NCBI RefSeq assembly: GCF_037042905.1
Contig: NC_087250.1
Span: 9,984,001-10,048,000 of the forward strand
Source: Lytechinus pictus
Taxonomy: Eukaryota
Length of the DNA: 64,000 nucleotides
Direction: 5' to 3'
In this document: piece after piece, positions 1 through 12,953 of the stretch
Numbering within the stretch: position 1 is the stretch's first letter
Layout of the letters: every line of letters starts with the position of its first letter
Program-made: the position numbers and the translations under genes
The notes under the pieces: model-generated
What the model was told of the DNA's origin: nothing
The model's input: only the letters and a program-made list of their open reading frames with translations
Database searches by the model: none

Positions 1-3000
1 CACCAAATGTGACCAAGGTATAACTCATTTTCATATTACTTGCTAAAATATATGCTTTTGGAAATTTCCAAAGTTCAAGGTGATTTACTTCATTTTCTAA
101 AAACAATATTCAACAGGTTTCCAGTTTTAAAAAAAATGGAGAGGAAGTTGCATTGTTCAATGTTACTACTGATTTCCATTAACAAACTGCTGCATTCTGA
201 GCGTCTCCTGCTGAACTTGCTGCAGATCCATGCTCCTGGTACTTGGTGTGCTGGTCATAACAGGAAGAGCACCTTCTCTTCTCTTATGCTGGGTGTCATC
301 TTGGTGTCCTAAAAATCAACTAGACCCCATCTACCCTGGATGTCAATGGTGCCCTGGGAACAGCTTGAGGTTCCGCCTCAACCTCCTTTTCCTCCTCTGG
401 CTTCCCCATGTCCAGAAGCAGGCTGCCTTATGTGAAAGCTGCACATCAAGAAAATAATTTTTGACTTAACTTTAATTACATCTTCAAACCATTCCGCATT
501 GATTTTTTTTTTATTGACTTACTATGATTCAACATTTTTATTTCATTTTGGAAATCTTAAATCATTTACCAACTCTGAACGAAAATCCCTCAATCTGGCA
601 ATAGTAGTTGAAGCTACTTACTATTCCTTGCAGAAATTTTCATGAGGAAAGAAGAACTATCCCCGTTAAAATTCAGATTTAATTAATTCAAAATGAATGA
701 TAGGAATTCTATGGGTTAGTGATAATTATTCTAGCTTTTAAAAAATCTGAATTTTTCATTGTAGACCAGTTTACCTATTTCTATAGGGAGAACCATCTTG
801 TACAAATTTCAATCGAAATTATGCTCCTTTCTCGAGAAAATGAATGAAAGAATATAGCAAAATTAATACAATGATCCTTAGGTATATATATTTTCAACTT
901 TGTTGTGCCTTTGTGTGATAAATCTTTTATGTAAAACTAACCAGTTGCTCAGATGCCCCAGTCTCTGTCTCCTGGCCATGGACCCAATGCTTGGCCTTGT
1001 CCCTCATGGCTGCCAGCACAATCTCCATATTTGGCTTCACTTTACCACCTAAAGATTTAACAAAGTGCAGTAATGCCACAATTATAAATGTTCTCCATGC
1101 AAACAGGGATCACAGCAGAAGGATCTTTAAAAAAAACTATGAAGGGTGATTTTGACTCGCCTCACCCCAGGCGCAGATCCAGGAATTTCCAAAAGGAGGG
1201 GCACTTTTGTCCAGAAAATGTTGACAACCCCAAAAAAAATGGTCATCACTTGCATATAAACACAGTACTTTCAACAATTTTTTTGGGGGTGTACCCCCCC
1301 AGATCTGTGCCTACCCCCCCCCCCCACAAACACAGGGGATCTAGGCCAAAGAAGAATCTGTCAATAACAAATTTTGAAGTCACTACACACAGAACTGTTC
1401 AGTTATGAAGTTTTCCACAAATGCAACAATTTAATTACTGAATGACTGAAATAGACAAAGAATAATACTTGTTTTTTAATTAGTATTTAGCCGTGACACC
1501 AATCCATCCTTAACCCGTCGAGGATCATGGGGGTACATTTGTAAGTTTCGAAATTTATGCATCCGCCATTGCAACATCAAAAGATAAAAATATTAAACAC
1601 ACAAATTTGCCAACGATCTCTGGTGAATTTTTACATTTGACCTAACCTGATCATTGTCACTCCCAAATATATATTTGCCAAGTTGAAGTTGAACCATCAA
1701 AGGGTTCTTTATTTATCACAGGAACTATGTATATTCAGGTGAACAAGGCATGCCACCTTTGACCTTGATACCCTCAAAATAATTAAAGTATAATCAATCC
1801 TACATGCATTCTTGGACAAGTTTGAAATCAAACAGTTCTTTACTTATCAGAATAATTTAAGAAAGACAGGATGGCCAGACAACCCCAAAACCTGTCCTCG
1901 GACCCACCTCCGATGGGTGGATGTAAAACAATTCTAGATATTTTGGATTAGTTGCATGACAATTACAACAAAATAAAATTTAAGAGATAGTGATCTTTAA
2001 TTCTTCTTGATGCATATAAAATATATTCTTAACTCTTATAAATAAAAATACATACCAGTCTTTGTCTGATTCCTAGCATAATCATTCACTCTTTTGTTAG
2101 ATCACTCCAAGACCGCCTCAGGTTTGAGGCAGTCCGACCTGGGCAGCCAATAGCATCTCCACACAGGCTCTCTGTCTGGTTTCTGCAAACCTTTATTTAA
2201 AATGCAAACACAAACAAATCATAAAATAGGTATATGCTATATATTAATTGAAAAGACACTCTGCACTTTGTCAAGAATGTCTAAATTTATTTGACAAAAA
2301 TCTCATTTCATGGCATATAATTAATATTATTTATCTACTTTGTAAGTTATCAAAATTTAAAATTGCAATCTATTAATGTAACTAGAGTTCAAATCAGGAA
2401 TTTATAAGAAAGATGTGTTGTACTCTTTCAGTTTTATTCCATGAAAATCTAAATCAAAACTTGTAATTGTAAGAAAATAAGATTTCATCATTTCCAATGG
2501 ACATATCAAAGAAAAAAAAATCAAAATCAATAATAATTTTCAAAGAATTGCAAGAGGTAATTAAATGAACTTAACTATTATTGATTCAGGTCTACACAAT
2601 CACTAGCATAGCCAGGTGAGATTAGGTACATTTTCTATTTTTTTTTTGGGGGGGGGGAGGGGGGTTGTATAAATTTAATAATCAACATGAGGATTCTTAC
2701 TCATTTCAAATATGCCTGAAACAAATTTTTTTCTTTCTATTCAAGAAGACGAAACCTTTTTTAAAAATTGTATTTTATAACTACTTTATGTTCGACATTA
2801 TCAGGCAGTAATGACTTCTTCTTCATGAATATTCTTTTCACTTTGAGAAACTTTGCATCGAGATTACCAACATAAAATATAAGCCTGTCTATAAATACTT
2901 AAAATGGTAGCAATTAGAATTTTGGCTAATTTGAAATTAAGCTGTATATCTTACCCTTTTACATGGTGATTGCTAACCAACAGCCTTGTGTGGTTTCTTC

Positions 3001-3884
3001 TCAAAAAGTCACACATGCACTTGAGTTGCTCCAGTGTATATACCTCAACTATTTAAGCTGTTAGATATTGAATGAGAAAATAAATAATCCTATTAGAGAG
3101 TCACAAATTAAGACTAGATAAAGTCACACAAATATTTGCATTGAGATTACTTTCAGTATAAATTATCAAATGAATTATACTACTGTAATATGTTTGTGCC
3201 GGTGAATTAAACCATTACTAGGATAGGACATTTTGATGGTTGATTCCAATTGTTGGACTTATTACAGTGATTCAAACTTAACAGAAAAAAATTAGCTCAG
3301 TACAAACTGGAAAAAAATATTTGGATTGATCATTGAAATTCCCTTTCAGATGATAAATAACCTAAAGGGATTTGTTCATTTCTTCAACATAATTTAGATA
3401 TGCAAATTTATATGAACTTAGAATATCCAAATTCCAAAACTGCAATTTTTTAATCATTTTTTATTTTCTATCTTAAACAAATAATCAATGATGTTATATG
3501 CAATTGAGACCAAAATCAAAATTCTAGCCCCTTAAAAAACATAGTAATGCATGTTAAATACTAACAATACAACAATCCCATAGTCTCCATTCATCCCCAA
3601 AATAACATTATATATATGATTTGTTTCTCTGCAAGAATTTTTTTATGAAGGATTTTCAAGATTTTTACTTTAGTGGTCATCAGATCATTAATTTCAATTA
3701 ATTCAATTAATTGAAATAAATTGCAGAGTGTTGGATTATAACAAGCTTTAAATTGAGACCAATTTTTAATCTCTAGCCACTGTATAGATTCACGTTCACT
3801 GGCGTACATTTTTTTTTTGGGGGGGAGAGACTATGGACCCTCTAAAATTTTCAAAAACAAAATAAAGGGGATAACAAAAATTTC

Positions 3885-3925
<41 letters not shown>

Positions 3926-5310
3926 TATTAAAAAAAAATGTAAAATTTTTGGGTTGCTCAGTTTTTATCAAAAAGATTTGCCCCCTACGCCATTGTCAGT
4001 GTCAGGCCCCCTCAAAATTTTTGGCACATTATGCTAAGTACTGTTCATGATCATGATGTCGCAATTTCATGTGGGGTCACCTATAGCAGATCCATGGAAA
4101 GGGGGTCAATTGTTACGACTGCCTCCCCCCCCCTATTTTATTTCAAATTTTTAAGGGAGAAATTAAAGCCACCATTCAGAGTTGTCAAAAATTTTGGATC
4201 GCAGCACTGCACTGTAGGCCCTAGTGCCAATTCGCGCCCTGTAGTACTGTACTAACATGACTAAGTAAAGACACAGGCTCTAGATCTGCACCTGGTACAA
4301 GAGAGTCTATGCGCCAACCATTAATCTAGCTCTAGCTCTAGAGCTACGCACCTTTTTTAAGGGCCTACGTAATACTAATAATAGAACATGTACCTCACTC
4401 AGCCTCAGGGGCTTCACGGTGGAGACCTCAAACTGACTGACTGAAGTCTCAACTTCTTCAGAAAAAGTTAACTTAGATCAAGAATGTTGATTCTATGCCT
4501 AAAGTTAGATCTGAAAATTCGATCTAACTGTTGTTGTAGGTCTAGAATCTAACCAACTTCAATTCAACTTGTCTGACTTGGTATTTGGTAACGACCGACA
4601 GTGACGGTGGTCCAAAGTTTGCAACTTTGGCTTTGCATTCAATTCAATTCTAACATGAAAAATTGATTTGAACAACATGAAATTTTTATTTACTGATACT
4701 AATCATAATGTAGAATGTGTGATCATAGCAAGAGAAATACGATAAATAAGCTTTCCAAACGTGTCGATGCAGTTGGTGGTTTCAGCTGTTGGCGCACCAA
4801 GTGCGACCAGCGCGGTCACATCACCATGCCGAAGCTCCGGCGGCAATAGACATGGCCGAGACGCAGACCCCGCAGGCGCTTGCGACACAAAAATGGAACG
4901 ATTCAAACGTGTTAAAAAATCGTGAATCTCACTTTCACGGTGTGAGCACGGATTCAAAACAATACACAGATATTTTTGCAACTAATTAATCGACCTATAA
5001 TGATAAAAATAGCAAGTATCAACACATTTCATTAAAAAAATATCAAGCTTACCGTTCTATGGAGTCTCCATGATTTTTTCAGCAGCCGCAGATACCGATC
5101 GCGATATCGGCTGATATCGGCGTTCATCCTCGTTCAAGTTTATTCAGTCTTAAAAACTCTGGCAACTTAAAAAACTCTGGCAAAAGTTTGCCAGAGTTTT
5201 TTTGCCATGAAATTTTGACCGAATTTGAAACTCTGGCAAAAAACTAAGGTTTTTGCCATATAAAAACTATGGCAAAAATAAGTCTGGCAAAAGTTTTATG
5301 CAACGGGGCC
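1..5310 (-). mobile_element. PIF/Harbinger DNA transposon remnant, one end visible
   Basis: Terminus AAGTTTTATGCAACGGGGCC ends at 5310. Clustered TGGCAA/TTGCCA subterminal repeats at 5155-5290. Flank CTGGTCATTT resembles the CWGGTCTTT target preference of zebrafish Harbinger elements. Carries the Myb-like pseudogene. Confidence 0.65.
942..5071 (-). pseudogene. Spliced Myb/SANT-like DNA-binding gene of a PIF/Harbinger transposon, disrupted
   Basis: GT-AG exons at 5053-5071, 2955-3048, 2056-2190 and 942-1048 give METP*N-VEVYTLEQLKCMCDFLRRNHTRLL...RQRACVEM/…RTASNLRRSWSDLTK/RVNDYARNQTKTGG. This resembles the Harbinger-type Myb/SANT signature (RT..LR..W.DL...KTGG). There is an in-frame TAG and frameshifts in exon 3. 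Further degenerate coding-like sequence lies at about 160-440. Confidence 0.7.
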
Positions 5311-5464
5311 CTGGTCATTTACAAAACCGTATTGCCCTACATTTTCTGAATATCGGGAAGGGTAGGTATATTGTTTGTATTTTCCTCGGTCTCAATGAGC
5401 GTATTTACTTTGCATGCAAAGACGGCGCAAAATATACCTTTATATTAGATAGCCAAGACAGATA

Positions 5465-5603
5465 GCCAAGCGCGATTGGTCAATTGCGCGTCACGTGATA
5501 TGATCGAAATCCATGTATTTTCCCAGCCGGTCCACCTCCGATGAAAATATTGACCAACCGGTCCATGAATATATTTTTCTACGTGTATGGCGCCCTCTTG
5601 TGG
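5465..5603. promoter_or_regulatory. Promoter-like motif cluster (CCAAT box, E-box, CTCF-like site)
   Basis: GATTGG (reverse CCAAT) near 5473, GTCACGTGAT near 5490, and ATGGCGCCCTCTTGTGG at 5587-5603 (reverse CCACAAGAGGGCGCCAT, close to the CTCF consensus). Locally CpG-enriched. Confidence 0.35.
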
Positions 5604-5749
5604 ATTAGATGTTACTAACTACAGGGAAATAAAATATGTGGGACTAAAGTAGCGATCGTTTGTAATCGATCAACACTCGATATCAATTGGTATCAATCAA
5701 TTTTTTGAACCGGACCTCGAAATTTAAGTGAGTCCGACGACGACAACAA

Positions 5750-6830
5750 AGTTATTGTTAGGAGCCTTCTAAGTTAAGTTTACCGTAAGGCCTTCTTCAG
5801 TTACTAAAATGGAGCCCAACTTAATTGTAACGTCATTTCTGAAATTCTGAGGATTTTATTTAACGATTTCTTGATAGATCTTTGTACCGGTATTTGGTGA
5901 GTGGAGCCAACGTTTTTTTAAGCAGTTTTAAAACTTTTAACGTTGGATTTTGGCCTTGATCAGCTAACGTTACGATCTAAATTCTAATTTGTTAACGTCA
6001 AAGATTTGTGGTGATGTCTGATGAGGAATAAGATCAGCTTTTGGACAATAAAATTGGGTATTTAGATCTAGATTAAGGCCTAGATCTAGTCTAGATTCTA
6101 AGTCTAACGTTACTAGATCTAACTTTAGAGACGAGAGTCTAACGTTAGATCTAGGCTATATCGGTATTAAGTTAACGTTAGGTCTAACGTTTTAACGTGT
6201 TAACGTTAGGCCTAACGTTAGATCTAATGTTTATAGGCTAGATCTAGAGTCTAAAACAAAGACAGTTAGAGAAACATAACGTTAAATCTTGCTAACGACA
6301 ACGTGAGTTAGATCTAACGTTAGATCTAACGAGTCATTAGTCAGATTTGGTCCTGGACAACCAACAGTACCGGTACATCTGACTTGTTAGGCCTAAGTTA
6401 ACAGTAACAGACTTACAGCCGCAATCTAAAAGTAATTAACGTTAGAACTCTAACGTTGGATCTAGATAATTATAACTTAGGCCTAGGTCTAGACTTCTAA
6501 CAGTTAGACCTAACTCTTAGATCATGTTTTATCTCATCCAAAATGAGGCCTAACGTTAACTTAGATCGAAATCTGCACCTGATCATGGACTAAAAAAGAG
6601 GCATTCTCGGTCTGCCTTGGGTCGTAGACCTGGATTAGACTCTAACTTAGATCTAACAGTTAGGGCTAGGCCTAAAACAAAGTTGATTTGATTAGAAAAG
6701 GGCCATTCACTGCATTAGAGTAGTAGTAGACTAAATAAAGTTACATCTAGGCCCTAGATCTATACCAGTTCCATCAATCACTGTGACTATCGTATACAAC
6801 AGGCTGCATGCATCGTTAGGCCCATTTATA
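5750..6830. repeat. Low-complexity tract saturated with 6-bp palindromes
   Basis: Dense AACGTT, AGATCT, AGGCCT, TCTAGA and GTTAAC, e.g. CTAACGTTAGATCTAACGTTAG-like strings. Confidence 0.75.
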
Positions 6831-6857
6831 TCTTATTTAGTTTAAGGGCTATCTAAT

Positions 6858-7430
6858 ATAACAGATATTGACTGATGGGATGTGTAAAAAATATTCTTTG
6901 GACCGCCTAAAGGATTAATATTTTCCCTCGTGATCATATTTTCCCTCAGCGCTGCGCGCTTCGGGAAAATATAAATCCGGCGGTCCAAAGAATGTTTATA
7001 TTACACACCCCATTAGTCAATATCTGTATAGTATTTTCCCTGGTCTCACATCCGGGCATTTATGGATGCGTATAAAGAGATACGCTTCATAAGGATCCGC
7101 GCACCAACAATATACGTCATAATAAAGACAACGCTGGATCCGAGCGCTTGCAAGTACGTCATAATGGTAAAGTGCAGAGCCTAAACCGATATTAACATGA
7201 CACAATAGAACTCTATTTTTAAAAGAAATATCCCCATTATCATATTTTTTGCTCTAGATATCTAATTTGGATGATAATAAAAATATTGACTGGCTCTTCT
7301 TTCGGGGAACATCAAATATATTGCCCTTAAATGACCCATATTGCCCTCGTCTAAAGACTCGGGCCAATATGATTCTTTTGCTGGCAATATATTTGATGTT
7401 CCCCTCAAGGTCAGTCAATATTATATAATT
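6858..7430. mobile_element. Element bounded by two long imperfect hairpins (possibly non-autonomous Crypton-like)
   Basis: Hairpin 1 at about 6858-7030 (ACAGATATTGACT..TTCTTTGGACCGCC / GGCGGTCCAAAGAA..AGTCAATATCTGT). Hairpin 2 at about 7282-7425 (AATATTGACT..GGGGAACATCAAATATATTGCC / GGCAATATATTTGATGTTCCCC..AGTCAATATT). Confidence 0.55.
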
Positions 7431-7749
7431 ACTTGGTATAAGAAAGGGAGACAAGTTTTAAAGAGAGAAATTATTCACTAACATCATCACTATTGGTGCC
7501 CTTAGCACTGTTAGTGATTTGTATTAACATTAGCGCCATTGTTAGCTTCTGCTAAGCCTTTTATTGTTAGATTAATAGTAATTCAACTAAGCTTCTGTGA
7601 GTTTATAGATACCGGTAGGCCTACTTTTAGTGGTCTATTAGTGAAAACAATGCGTCTATCGGTGGTTGCCCGTGAAACATGTGACTGGCCCTAATTTTAG
7701 CGTTCTGGTACGCTAACGCTTCTGTGCGCTCGCCACTGGAGTTTGAGGG

Positions 7750-7769
7750 TCAAGTGTAGATTTTCGATT
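7750..7769 (-). CDS. Gene A candidate terminal exon (ESKIYT-stop)
   Basis: Pyrimidine-rich acceptor ...TTTCTTGAAACCTAG; phase 1 matches the 9283 donor; short, so easily chance. Confidence 0.25.
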
Positions 7770-8089
7770 CTAGGTTTCAAGAAACACGGCAAGGGAAAAT
7801 GCGTTGTTTAAAAAAAATGCAATCGCATCTGCTTAAAATAACAGAATTCGAAAAAAAGGGGTGTACAAAAGTGGGTCAGTTGGAAAGAAATCATATAAAG
7901 AAAAGTCACTACGGTCACATCCGAAATTAAAGACATACACACGCATTTCCAGATGCTACATCACATTCCTTCCCTTATCCCAATCCGCGCCTTGCCATTT
8001 CTTTGTTTTCCCATTTCTCGTCAATATCAGACCATTTAATATTGCTATTTTGCCCTTTTTTTATTTGTAATAATTTAAGAATGGCAATA

Positions 8090-8368
8090 CACTGTTAGAA
8101 CAAATAAAAAAAGTTCCTGCAGCAGAGTCTCGAGAACCCCTGTAATCTTACCAGATTGCGTAATCTTACAGGAAATAGGTATTTGGTGGCATTTGGTGTA
8201 TGGAACTTGACAATTTTCTTGAAGAAGACACCCTTTTCCCCTTTGTAAACAGACCTGTTCTGTTTAATTGCAGAACAATTCCTATTTCATGACTTTACAG
8301 AATGATTCTGTTGTTGCTTTCTGCAAAATCTTCTTTCCCCCCTGTAAAATCAGGGTTTTTTAACAGTG
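8090..8368. mobile_element. MITE with CACTGTTA..TAACAGTG termini
   Basis: TA-CACTGTTAGAA ... TTTTAACAGTG-TA. Confidence 0.65.
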
Positions 8369-8372
8369 TATA

Positions 8373-9250
8373 TTTCAGATTCAGATTTATTTCTAACAGA
8401 AATGACATAAATATTGATACAAATCGTTTTTCATAATTATAACAAATATTTACGATACAAAACATTAATGATAATTAACATAATAAAGATAATACAAAAC
8501 ATTTTATAGACAAATTATGATATATAGTTTATATAGAAGAAAGGTATTTGTGGAAATGGGAGATTCACTCAAAAGCATAGCTTGTATAATATGAACCTCC
8601 CTCAAGGAAGAGGAAAGAGGAGAGAGAGAAAGAGGGGGGGAGATGCAATGGTTGTTATTTGCCTACGGAGATTTACTAAATAGATTTAAAAGAACAGGAT
8701 AACCCATGGAACAAGACAAAACTAAAAAAAAGTGAAATAAAACGACAAAAATGGACAACATAAGGAGAAATAAACATAAATAAAATCAGGACGAATTATG
8801 ACCGAAAATAGAGGATAAAACAAAATGATAAAGACTAACAAAAATAACTAGAAGTCTGAGAGGAGATGATAACGAGCGGAAATTAGTAATGAAGACCTCG
8901 GTAGGATTTAAGTCAGAAGTTTTTCAGTTTTCTTTTAAAAGAATGTATGGAAGGGCTGTTTTATGTTACTGTCGAGGGAGTTCCAAAATCTAGGGCCATC
9001 GAAGATAAATGTACTCTTTGCCAATAAAGTTCTAAAACGGGGTAAATAAAATATTCGTTAGATTGTCTAGTAGGGTAATTATGAAAAGACCGATTAAGAG
9101 GAAACATAGAATCTAGTACACGTGGAAGGGTATTTTTGTCAAATTTAAACATAAATTGTCCTAAATAAAGTAAGCATAGGTCGCTTATCTTCAGCAATTT
9201 GCTATAAAAAATAGTGGATCAGTGTGTGAACGAAACAATGACAATCGAAA
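8373..9250 (-). mobile_element. CR1/Crack-like LINE 3' fragment
   Basis: ORF 8961-9197 (LKISDLCLLYLGQFMFKF..HNYPTRQ) is similar to ORF 37895-38677. 3' UTR stem-loop at 8558-8601 and (TCTGAA)n-type tail near 8375-8392. Confidence 0.75.
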
Positions 9251-9282
9251 AACATAATAGTGTAGTAAGTAAGCCTACTTAC

Positions 9283-9321
9283 CTTGATCGTAGAGAGGTG
9301 AGTTGTCCGGGATGACAGATG
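9283..9321 (-). CDS. Gene A cytoplasmic exon (SVIPDNSPLYDQ)
   Basis: TTTTGAAG acceptor, strong G|GTAAGT donor, 39 nt, phase 1-1, open, Tyr motif. Confidence 0.55.
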
Positions 9322-9677
9322 CTTCAAAATAATGAATAAGATATCGATAATTATACTATACTATAATTATTTCGACGTTTATTGTTAGTTCGGCTTTTCA
9401 GTTCCATCAATATATTACAATATCATGATATAACCACAACTGTTATATATATATAAAGCATTATCTACTGAAAACACAAAACAAAAATTAAAGTGAGATA
9501 ATAAGATTTTGATTGGCGCATATATTTCTTTATTTGAATAAAAACATTGTTGGTAATCCAACAACCACAACAGAAACGAGTAGTTATTTTCGAAAACAAT
9601 GTCACATACCTACAATACAATATTTTATTACGTATACAGTGGTGTTTAGACGTGGATAAAAACAATGGAATACGTAC

Positions 9678-9728
9678 GAGCTATGATTTGGTACGTGTAA
9701 ACCGGGTCATGAACAGTTGGAGGAAATT
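9678..9728 (-). CDS. Gene A candidate cytoplasmic exon (EFPPTVHDPVYTYQIIA)
   Basis: CTTTTTGCAG acceptor, C|GTACGT donor, 51 nt, phase 1-1, open. Confidence 0.35.
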
Positions 9729-10823
9729 CTGCAAAAAGACAATAACAACCGATAAAAAAGAACTAAAGATAAGTAATTGCTACAGAAATCGTACATTAAA
9801 TTTGTACGTTGCTCTAAAGTATAGATAAAGGGTAAGCGAAAAAATCCTAGCAAGCAAATTCTAATTTCCGGTCACTCGGTTTATTAAAGTGGACAATGCC
9901 GTAACACTTGTAGAAATGATAGTGTATAAATGTCTTTGGGTAAGACTACGTGATGAAGGGCGTTATGGGACCATGACGTCATAAAGCACAAGGTTTATTG
10001 CCAAGGATTGACAGTGATTTTTTTTTAAATAGAACAGGCTTTCTGCCATCGCACCTTTTCCCGCCCATCGAATACGAGAGACTGAGCATGCAAAGAATTC
10101 AAATTTTGTCTGACATATCACATGCTTCTCATACTCCTGCAATCATATGGATTTTCTCCAAACAACGTCGTTCGCCAGGATAGTGGACATGGATTGTGAT
10201 GTTTTGCATGGTGTGTGTATCGCCGGTAATTCAAGTTCACTCTTTCGACTTGAGTAAATTTTCCTTTAACGGTGAAAATCGGATGCGGCGATCAGATTGT
10301 ATATTGCTTTGCTTTGTTATTCAACAACATTCCAAACTTATATTATTTTAGATATGTGTCACAGGCATTATTCTTTTTGGGTGTGACATTCTATCCACAA
10401 ATTGCACGTTTGGTTGAGATTTAATTGTAATATTTTGGTCAAAACATAACCACACAAGTACAGCCAGATTTAGACGTGTGTGCACCAACAGAGACGCCGA
10501 TTGAATTTATTTTACCTTAACAAAATAACTTTTCAAATCTGGTATTTTTTCCAAGAGGCTATAGCAAAAACATAAAAAAAAGGATACCGGTGTGTGGTGG
10601 AATTTGTTGACTACTTTTTAACGGTAAGAAGACATGTTTATTGCGGCCCCTTTTTTGTTTGTCCCATTCAATATAGGTCCATTCATTCAAAATAGGTCAA
10701 CTCAATTCCTAACTACAATTTACAACCAATAACAACTCTTCATTGGCATTGTTTGCATGTATATACATTATACATGTAATTGTGCATGCGTCTATCTGTC
10801 TGTGTGTAGTTGGTATGACTTAC

Positions 10824-10943
10824 CTCTTCTCTTTCTAATGAAGAAAACGATTAGAACAATCATCGCTACGCTTATCACAAGACCCGCGAAGACAGATCCT
10901 ATTATTAGACGTCTTTTATGAAGATTTGATTTACCATATACAG
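10824..10943 (-). CDS. Gene A transmembrane exon
   Basis: LIIGSVFAGLVISVAMIVLIVFFI followed by the RKRR stop-transfer signal; CTTGCAG / G|GTAAGT; 120 nt, phase 1-1. Confidence 0.85.
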
Positions 10944-11670
10944 CTGCAAGCGAATCTGCCGTATAGTTACATGTAGATGGCAAAAGAAAATTAATAAATT
11001 AGAATTGGGTCAATAAAAGAACGATGTAATAATCATGTTGACTCAAACTAGGTGGTTGAGTTTTATTCTTATATTCGCAGATCCGTTAATTCAATTTTAA
11101 AATAATACTCGCATCTGTCGTATCCACGATGCATAGTCAATATGTGTCACATTTTTCTGGCATAAGACTTCTATGATATACGTCATAACACGAAATAATA
11201 TAGGTACTCATGATTACTCTGGAAATGACGGAAATAAGTGATAATGAAATTGGTATATACTAATGATAATGATAACAGTAAAACAGTAAATACGACTACT
11301 GCTATAGAACCACTACTGCTAATTATAATGATAAAAATAATTAGCTCTTGAACAGTGCATACCTCGTTTTCATCTAACGTCTTTATGCGCTCGATCCAAA
11401 GAGACTTTGGACATTATCACACTGACTTAATACCTGGCAAGTTGTGAATATCGATGAATATATAACTAAAATACATTTATAGAAAATTAATATATGTCAA
11501 GAGTAAGTATCAACTGATGAAAGAGTGACCCCCCCCCCTAAAAAGCCATAAGAGTCGAGCATTAAGATAAATGAATAAAAGTGATCAATAAATAATGTTT
11601 TTCCCCATGTGTATCATTCGATTTATCGAGCCTTAGCTCAGATTTCTTCAATACCGGTGCGACTTCTTAC

Positions 11671-11899
11671 TTGTATCAACACAGACACTTCTGTTCATGG
11701 ATTCACCAAGAGAGTGTGTTGCAACACATAACCACTTGCTGTTCCTGTTGATGGGGACGTCGACCACAGATATGGCGTATCCGTTGACTGACGACTCTTC
11801 TTCATCTAACTGATCATCCAATACTCGAAACAGTTTTATATCCCACGGTGTGGCAATATTCTGTGCTTCACATAATAGGTTAAGGGTAGAGCCTGATAT
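11671..11899 (-). CDS. Gene A divergent Ig-like domain exon
   Basis: GSTLNLLCEAQN...KWLCVATHSLGES (B- and F-strand Cys); TTTTCACAG / A|GTAAGA; phase 0-1. Confidence 0.75.
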
Positions 11900-12370
11900 C
11901 TGTGAAAAATTAATACGATAATATTTATCCAACCAGCCTAATATTTGATGATTAAAATTTAGCGTTAACTGAGGATGGTCGTAGGCAAAGGTGGGGGAGG
12001 GGGGGGGGGTAGCGCAGATCCCCAAAATAATCCATAATCTACTTTAGCTTCTTAGTTTATACTGTTCTTTGTTTGAGACTTCTATTGTTATAACTGGAAA
12101 TGATTTCCATGTATGTATTCATCTGTTTTAACAGGACATCGATGAAAACAGTCTGGCTGAAATGAAATGTTTCTTTTTATTCCTGTATAAATATGTTAAA
12201 TTTTAAACAAATAAAAACTATTTATTCGTACAAAGGACAGAATACTTAACTCTGTGAAAAATGAAATAGCACATTTCATTTCTGATCATCACATTTCACC
12301 TCATGAAGTATTCTGTCCATTGCAAGAATAAACAGTCATAATTTTTATAATACACGTACACACAGATGTC

Positions 12371-12945
12371 TTAAACGGAAATCCAACCCAAATAAAAAAA
12401 GTTGTTTAACATGAAATAGACAAATCAGACAAGTCGACAGGTGAAAGTTCGAATGTCGGACAAACAATAAGAAAGTTGTTAACTTCTAAAAGTTGTAAAA
12501 ATTGACAATTAGTATATCAATAGAGACTTCAAATTGGCCGCATTTTTATGTCATAGTGATGTAAGCAAGGACTACCCTTCAATGTACTCAAATGAAAATA
12601 AATTGGCTAAAATGTAATTTTTTTCAAAATATTTTACTTCAAAATATGTTTGAAAACATAGATCAATATCCTATCTGAGTTATGTTTTTATTACTGCCCT
12701 TGGAGAACAGGTACTTGGAAGGAAAACCACAAATCCCTGATAATAAGCTCATGGCCGATGAGAAAGTTGCCCTGGTCCCTCTTACCCATTTGCCAATCTG
12801 AAATTTACATAGCCTTATGGATCCCAATGTCTAAAGCAGCCGTAACTTTTTTTATTGCTTTTTCGATTTCTTTCAAATTTTCACCATTCTGCTTTACTTA
12901 TTATTTTCTTTTCCCACACAACATTTTATCACCAAGGCTGGAAAC
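12371..12945. mobile_element. Decayed TTAA-type (Kolobok-like) MITE
   Basis: Starts TTAAACGGAAATCCAACCC; internal layout resembles the elements at 16576 and 28417. Confidence 0.4.
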
Positions 12946-12953
12946 CCATGTAC

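Noticed and set aside
4703..4989. Opposing ORFs 4703-4981 and 4789-4989
   Set aside because: No recognisable motifs; they fall in the first intron of the Myb-like pseudogene.
11362..11432. Extra gene A exon with CAG/GTATGC boundaries
   Set aside because: Stops in all three frames.
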